A stretch of DNA of 21,382 bases, from NCBI GenBank assembly GCA_044220955.1, contig JBGAQA010000106.1, positions 1-21,382 on the forward strand. The letters run 5' to 3'. The position numbers and the translations under genes are program-made. The first letter of the stretch is position 1, and the number at the start of each line of letters is the position of its first letter. Source of the DNA: Sandaracinaceae bacterium (GTDB taxonomy: Bacteria > Myxococcota_A > Polyangia > Polyangiales > Sandaracinaceae). Shown in pieces: positions 16,232-21,382 of this stretch. The notes beneath the pieces are model-generated. The model had not been told where the DNA came from. It saw only the letters and a list, made by a program, of their open reading frames with translations, and searched no databases.

Positions 16232-18160
16232 CTACGAGAGCCCGAAGCCCTTGAGCTTCTTGTGCAGGCCCTCGCGCGTGATCCCGAGCGTGCGCGCGGT
16301 CTGGCTCTTGTTGTTGCCGTGGTCCTTGAGCGCCTCGATCAGGATCCACTTCTCGACCTGCTCCATCATCTCGCGGAGCGTGCCCTTGGTCGGGTGGACG
16401 CGATCGAGGATGTTCTCGACCTGCCGGATCTTCGGGCTCAGGTGCTCGGGCTGGACGAACGCCTGGTCGTCGATCTGGATCACGAGGCGCTGCACCTCGT
16501 TCTCGAGCTCGCGCACGTTGCCCGGCCACTTGTAGCTGCGGAGCATCTCCATCGACTGCTGCGAGAACCCGCCGACCGCGCGGCCGAACTCCTGCGAGTA
16601 CTTCTTGAGGAAGTGCGCGGCGAGCAGCGGGACGTCCTCACTGCGCTCGCGCAGCGCCGGCACGCGGATCGGGAACACCTTCAGGCGATAGAAGAGATCC
16701 TCGCGGAAGCGGCCCTCCGCCACCTCCTTCTCGAGGTCGCGGTTGGTGGCGGCGACGATGCGCGTGTCGACGCGGATGGTCTTGGCGCCGCCGACCGGCC
16801 GCACCTCGCCCTCCTGGAGGGCACGCAGGAGCTTCGCCTGCAGCGAGAGCGGCATCTCGCCGACCTCGTCGAGGAAGAGCGTGCCGCCGTCGGCCAGCTC
16901 GAAGAGGCCCTTCTTGTCCTCCGTCGCCCCGGTGAAGCTGCCCTTCTTGTGCCCGAAGAGCTCGCTCTCGAGCAGGTTCTCCGGCATCGCCGCGCAGTTC
17001 TGCGCGACGAAGAGCTTCTCCCGGCGCTCCGACCAGTAGTGCACGGCGCTCGCGATGAGCTCCTTGCCCGTCCCGGTCTCGCCCTCGATGAGCACGGTGA
17101 CGCGCGTGTTCACGACCTTGCGCAGCTGGTCGAAGAGCCGCTTCATGGTCGGCGCGTCGCCGATGATCGCCCCCTCGCGCCGGCTCTGCTCGCGACGCTT
17201 CAGGTAGACGTTCTCCTTGCGCTGGTTCTCCTCGGCGACGCGCAGTCGCGCGTAGAGCCGCGCGTGCGAGAGCGCCGCGCTCGCGGACTGCGCCAGCAGC
17301 GCGAGCACGTCGAGGTCGCGATCCCGGAACACGCCCGAGCCCTCGCGGTTGTCCACCTGGAGCACGCCGTTGATCTCGTCGCCTTGCCAGAGCGGGACGC
17401 CGATCGTGCTCGTGATCTGCGCGGCCATCATCGAGGCGCTCTCGCCGACGTCGCGCCGCGCGTCCGCAGCGAGCACCGCCGCGCGCTCGGCGACCACCTT
17501 CTTGAACACGCTGCGCGTGATCGGGACCGCGTCCCGCCCTGCCCCGCCGCGCACGCGCGTCCCGACCGGCACGTAGCGCGCGGCCCGCCTGGGCCCGTCC
17601 TCGTCCTCGCGCAGCGCGATGGTGACGTGCGTCGCGCGAGACAGGAAGCGGAACACCTCCTGCGCGATCTGGTCGACGAGCGTCTCGAGCTCGAGCGTCC
17701 CCGACAGGTTCTTCTGCGCCTCGTAGAGCGCCCGCAGCACCGTCTGGTCCGAGCCGAGGTCCGCCTCGAGCCGGTCGATCTCCGCCACGCGGCGCACCGA
17801 CACGATGCGCGCGTCGTCCTCCTCGTCCTCGAGCCGCACCAGGACGTGCACCGCGCGGTCCGTGTCTCCGAGCGTCAGCACGTCGCCCGACTCGAGGGCG
17901 ACCTCGCGGTTCTCGGCCGCTCCGACGTCGATCACGGTCTTGCCGCCGTCGCCGCGGCGGATGCGCGTCCCGTTCGTCGCCTGCAGGTCGCGCACGACGT
18001 AGCGGTCGCCGACGAAGAGCACGATCGCGTGCTCCTGCGACACGTGCCACTCGGACACGACGAAGTCGTTGACCTCGCCGCGCCCGATCTTCACGAGGTC
18101 CGAGCGCGACTCGAGGACGCGTCCCTTGTCCTGACCTTCGACGACCTCGAGACGGATCAT
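16232..18160 (-). CDS. Sigma54 enhancer-binding protein, FHA-GAF-AAA+-Fis HTH
   Basis: FHA (IGRG, VSQEHA, TNGT), GAF ([30 protein letters not shown]), AAA+ ([47 protein letters not shown]) and HTH ([20 protein letters not shown]). Confidence 0.96.
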   Translation of the reverse strand: MIRLEVVEGQDKGRVLESRSDLVKIGRGEVNDFVVSEWHVSQEHAIVLFVGDRYVVRDLQATNGTRIRRGDGGKTVIDVGAAENREVALESGDVLTLGDTDRAVHVLVRLEDEEDDARIVSVRRVAEIDRLEADLGSDQTVLRALYEAQKNLSGTLELETLVDQIAQEVFRFLSRATHVTIALREDEDGPRRAARYVPVGTRVRGGAGRDAVPITRSVFKKVVAERAAVLAADARRDVGESASMMAAQITSTIGVPLWQGDEINGVLQVDNREGSGVFRDRDLDVLALLAQSASAALSHARLYARLRVAEENQRKENVYLKRREQSRREGAIIGDAPTMKRLFDQLRKVVNTRVTVLIEGETGTGKELIASAVHYWSERREKLFVAQNCAAMPENLLESELFGHKKGSFTGATEDKKGLFELADGGTLFLDEVGEMPLSLQAKLLRALQEGEVRPVGGAKTIRVDTRIVAATNRDLEKEVAEGRFREDLFYRLKVFPIRVPALRERSEDVPLLAAHFLKKYSQEFGRAVGGFSQQSMEMLRSYKWPGNVRELENEVQRLVIQIDDQAFVQPEHLSPKIRQVENILDRVHPTKGTLREMMEQVEKWILIEALKDHGNNKSQTARTLGITREGLHKKLKGFGLS

Positions 18161-18227
18161 GCCGACGGGAGGCGCCGAAGGCGCGATTCTCGCGAGTCGA
18201 GAGGGGCGAGCTGGATGCTCATGCGGG

Positions 18228-20036
18228 TCAATGCGCGGCCGAGCGCGCGGCGAGGCGCGCCTGCACGGCCAGGAAGAGCGACTCGGTGTGCGACCAGACC
18301 GAGCGGCCCTGCTCTTGCTGGTGCAGCTCGTCGATGCGCGCCACGGCGGTGGCGCTGCCCGACGACGCCACGAAGTCGAGCGCGTACAGGACCTCGCCGC
18401 GGATCTCCTCGCTCGCGTTGCCCAGCTGCCCGACGAGGGCCGTGATCGCGGCCTCGTTCCCGCGGCCGTAGCGCGCGAGCATGTAGCAGGCCTTGCGCAC
18501 GACCCACGAGTCGTGGTCGGTGAGCTTGCCGGCCCAGCACGTCACGTCGGTGTTGCACTCGCGCGTGGCCGCCATGACGGGCCGGGCGGCGTCGGCGGAG
18601 CTGCCCGCGTCGAGGTCGCCCGTGACCTCGAGGAAGCCGTCGCGCGCGTCGCTGTCCTGCGGCTCGGCCGAGAGGATGGCCTCCAGGTTCGCGATCTCGG
18701 CCGCGTTCGCCATCAGCAGGTACGCACGGAACGCGAGGATGCGGCGCGCGGTGCTGTCCGGATCAGGCGCCTGCCCGCGCGGCAGCGGCTGCGCCGTCTG
18801 CAGCAGGAACGGGAGCGCACCCGGGTCGTTGAAGTGCTGTAGCGCGACGAGCAGCTGCTGGCGGCTGCCGTGGCCGGGACGCGAGATCGGGTTGAGGCGA
18901 TTGTACGCCGCGATGAGGGCCTCGCGGATGCGCTGGCTGTCGGCCTCGTCGCGGTTGATCGACACGAGCGCGAGCGCGCCGCTCATCATGTGACCCTCGA
19001 CGGCCGAGTTCTCCTCGATGGCCCCCGGGCGCTCGCCCGGGGCCGTGCGGGCCGTCTCGGCGATGAGCGGATCGATCGCCTCGCGGAACCCGAGCTGTCC
19101 GAGGGCCGTCGCCGCCTCGCCGGCCACGATCGAGTCGACGGACATCTGCGCGGCGGCGTCCGCGTCGCGCTGGCGCACGGCCGCGATGTACTGCGTGGCG
19201 ATCTGGTTGGCCTCCGTGTTGCTGCCGGCGAGCGTGTCCAGGAGCGGCTGCAGCGCCGGGCGGCCGATGCGCACGAGGCCCATCGACGCCATGTCGTTCA
19301 TCCGGAGCGCCGGGTTGTTCGGCCCGAACAGGTAGAGGGCCTGGATCAACGCCGGCACGGTGGTCGGATCGGCGATGCGCCCGAGCTGCTCGCACGCGAG
19401 GCGGTTGATGAGGAAGTCCTGGTTCTCGGACTGCAGGAGCATCGTCCGCGAGACTGCGGCCGAGCCGCGCGGATCACCGAGGGTGCCCAGGGTGCGCAGG
19501 AACTCGATGCGCATCCGGTTGTCGACCCCGCGGGCCGTGCGGACCGCCGCGAGCGCGTGATCGAGCGCCGTGATCACCTGGCCCTTCTGGGCGTCGTCGA
19601 GCGTGAGCGTCGCGAGCGTGCGCGCCGCGCCGATGGCGGGCTCCTCGGACACCTCGGAGCGCCAGTCGAGCGCCGCGATCAGCGCGGGGAGCGAGCGGAC
19701 GTCCCGCATCTCGCCGAGCAGCGAGACGATCGCCGCGCGCCCCGTGATGTCCTCCGAGTGGTCCAGGTAGCACTGCGTCAGCTGCTGGACGCTCACGTCG
19801 GCGATGTGCGAAGGCTCGGCGGCCGTCCGGTCGCCGTCGGCGTGCGCGAGGGCCGTGGTGTACATGCGCGAGAGGTTCGCGATCGCGTTCGCGCGCCGCA
19901 CCGCGTCGCCCAGCTCGCCCGCCTGTCCCGCCGGGTCGTTCTCGTCGGCGTGGCAGCCGAGGGCAGCGAGCATCGCCAGGGCGGCCAGCGTGCGAATGAG
20001 GAGGGTCCAGCGTCCCGTCGTCGTGTGCGTGCGCAT
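18228..20036 (-). CDS. HEAT-repeat (alpha-solenoid) lipoprotein, 602 aa
   Basis: ATG 20036 has GGAG upstream. Lipobox LAALG|C. Repeated HEAT-like units: LGEMRDVRSLPALIAAL, LGTLGDPRG, LGRIADPTTVPALIQAL, LGQLGFREAIDPLI, LTDHDSWVVRKACYML. Confidence 0.85.
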   Translation of the reverse strand: MRTHTTTGRWTLLIRTLAALAMLAALGCHADENDPAGQAGELGDAVRRANAIANLSRMYTTALAHADGDRTAAEPSHIADVSVQQLTQCYLDHSEDITGRAAIVSLLGEMRDVRSLPALIAALDWRSEVSEEPAIGAARTLATLTLDDAQKGQVITALDHALAAVRTARGVDNRMRIEFLRTLGTLGDPRGSAAVSRTMLLQSENQDFLINRLACEQLGRIADPTTVPALIQALYLFGPNNPALRMNDMASMGLVRIGRPALQPLLDTLAGSNTEANQIATQYIAAVRQRDADAAAQMSVDSIVAGEAATALGQLGFREAIDPLIAETARTAPGERPGAIEENSAVEGHMMSGALALVSINRDEADSQRIREALIAAYNRLNPISRPGHGSRQQLLVALQHFNDPGALPFLLQTAQPLPRGQAPDPDSTARRILAFRAYLLMANAAEIANLEAILSAEPQDSDARDGFLEVTGDLDAGSSADAARPVMAATRECNTDVTCWAGKLTDHDSWVVRKACYMLARYGRGNEAAITALVGQLGNASEEIRGEVLYALDFVASSGSATAVARIDELHQQEQGRSVWSHTESLFLAVQARLAARSAAH

Positions 20037-20169
20037 ACCTTGTTCTCCCACCGAGTCCCCCGCCCGCGGGCGGTCTCCAAACTCTCGGCCGCCCCCGGAC
20101 CTGCCGCGGCGAGACGCCGTGCCGGGCTCGACCGGGCCCATCGCCGATGGGCCTCGTCGAATTCGGAGG

Positions 20170-20199
20170 AGACTAGGAGGGGGTGCGCGAGACTGTCAA
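20170..20199 (-). promoter_or_regulatory. Sigma70-type promoter for the HEAT lipoprotein gene (and possibly the downstream activator)
   Basis: The minus strand reads TTGACA (20199-20194), 18 nt, TAGTCT (20175-20170), in the divergent intergenic region. Confidence 0.75.
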
Positions 20200-20228
20200 C
20201 GGCGTTTCACGGCGGCTATCCTCCGCCT

Positions 20229-21150
20229 GTGCGAACGCGCGGCGTGTGGCTCGTGATGGCGTTTCTCTGCGGCTGCGCGACGGAGCCCCCGTCGAGCCCG
20301 CCCTTCCGCGCCCCCGAGCCCGCGCCCGCGTGGACGCCCGTGGCCAGCGCAGCCCAGCTGGAGATCCTGGCCCGGGATCGTCTCGCGACGCGCGGGGAGC
20401 AGCCGGCCGTGGTGTTCCGCGTCACCAACCACGGGGAGCAGGCGATCCTCGTCGACCTGCGCGATCTGGGTCGGGTGGTGCGGCCCGAGGCGGAGGCGAC
20501 GCCACGGCTGCCGCTCAGCGACGCCCAGGTCGCCGAGCTGTCCGAGATCTCGGCGCTCACGCAGATCCGGGCGGGCAGCTCGATCACCTATGCGGTCGCC
20601 TACGCGCTCGGGCCGTGCGAGGGCACGACCACCGTCCCGCTCGGCGGAGTGCTCGTCGCGCTCGACGGGGACCGGACCCTCGAGCTGGTCGCCGACGGCG
20701 CCCGGACGCCGCTCGCGTGCCTGCCCCCGGGCGAGCTGCCCGCCGGAACCACCTGGGTGTCGGGCGACTCCCCGCTGTCGGCGACCGGTCGGAGCCCCGC
20801 GGACTTCGCCGAGGGACTGCCGGAGCTGCTGCGCGGCGCGTCGGTCACGGGGGCGGCGGACGTGGCCCTCTTGCCCTTCTCGTTCGACGCTCGCCCCGTC
20901 GAGCGCTGGCGCTACGACGCCTGCGTCGCGACGGGAGCTTGCCCCGCGCGCGTCGTCGCGCAGCCGCCGGGCTCGATCCACGCGCCCGCGGTCGGGATGA
21001 CGGCGGCCGGCGTGGCGGCGCTCTGCGCAGCGCGGGGCCTTCGGCCGCTGACACCCGAGGAGGTCGCTTCCATCGCGGACCCGGCCCGTCCGCTGATCGA
21101 CGACCCTCGGCCCGAGGTCGTGACCGCCGGGCTCCGGGGCGCGCGCCCTG
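20229..21150 (+). CDS. Lipoprotein with degenerate FGE-sulfatase (SUMF1)-like C-terminal domain; no stop codon before window end
   Basis: Translated by hand; absent from the ORF track because the frame stays open to the edge. (M)RTRGVWLVMAFLCG|CAT..., then FSFDARPVERWRYDACVATGACP...PAVGMTAAGVAALCAARGLRPLTPEEV...GLRGAR, echoing the FGE pattern D..EVT...Y..CV..G.C / PV..V....A..YC...G.RLPTEAEW / GFRCAR. The end coordinate marks where protein-like sequence stops, not a stop codon. Confidence 0.68.
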
Positions 21151-21382
21151 GCGCTCGACTCGGACGGCAACCTTGTGGTGACAACCATCGCCACGCCGGA
21201 TGCGGTGTGGACGTTGGGCGAGTTTGTGGAGGTAGACACGCTCGACGGATGGATCGTCAAGGGGAACATTGTCACCGTCACCGCCGCTTACTCAGTGACT
21301 GCCCGCGACTACACCATCCTGGCCGACGCGACGGCGGGATCGTTCAACATCCTTCTGCCCGACGCTGCCAGTGTGGACGGAC
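21145..21382 (+). other. Fragment of a different coding sequence, phage tail/structural-protein-like, in another frame
   Basis: ALALDSDGNLVVTTIATPDAVWTLGEFVEVDTLDGWIVKGNIVTVTAAYSVTARDYTILADATAGSFNILLPDAASVDG. GC is about 63% by hand count and A/T-ending codons (CTT, TTT, GTA, ATT, TCA, ACT) are frequent. Confidence 0.5.

Noticed and set aside
57..21281. Many long overlapping ORFs in the track (e.g. 4678..8328 -, 7316..10087 -, 1673..4273 -, 15962..18445 +, 12326..13912 +, 20196..21281 -)
   Set aside because: These are Arg/Ala/Gly-rich shadow frames antisense to or out of frame with genes that have clear motifs. They are expected when stop codons are rare at very high GC.
20860..21382. Diversity-generating retroelement target (FGE-type C-lectin fold next to phage-like sequence)
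   Set aside because: No reverse transcriptase and no template/variable repeat pair differing at adenines is visible in the window.

Overview
A very GC-rich, densely coding chromosomal segment. The gene content (FHA-GAF sigma54 activator, Hanks-type kinase, roadblock protein, many lipoproteins) suggests Myxococcota, possibly Polyangia/Sandaracinus-like (inference). Gene order: 3' end of dnaX, ybaB/ebfC, recR, an orphan FlhA/SctV export-gate gene coupled to recR, a sigma54-promoter-driven Pro-rich outer-membrane beta-barrel, an acidic disordered protein, psuG, an Ig-like/lamin-tail lipoprotein, recD2, a beta-lactamase-family serine hydrolase and truD. A minus-strand block follows: HEAT-repeat lipoprotein, FHA-GAF-AAA+ activator, thioesterase, a 57-aa membrane protein absent from the ORF track, parvulin-like lipoprotein, roadblock-fusion protein and Ser/Thr kinase. 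The last gene is an FGE-like lipoprotein that loses its expected stop and runs into lower-GC, phage-tail-like sequence at about 21150. I saw no rRNA, tRNA, CRISPR array, transposase or integrase. The best leads are the solitary SctV/FlhA that appears to lack its SD2 subdomain, the terminal junction, recurrent leaderless GTG starts, a possible kinase-FHA-sigma54 circuit and a scaffold-like protein with a MinD-type tail. All family calls come from reading motifs by eye, with no database search.
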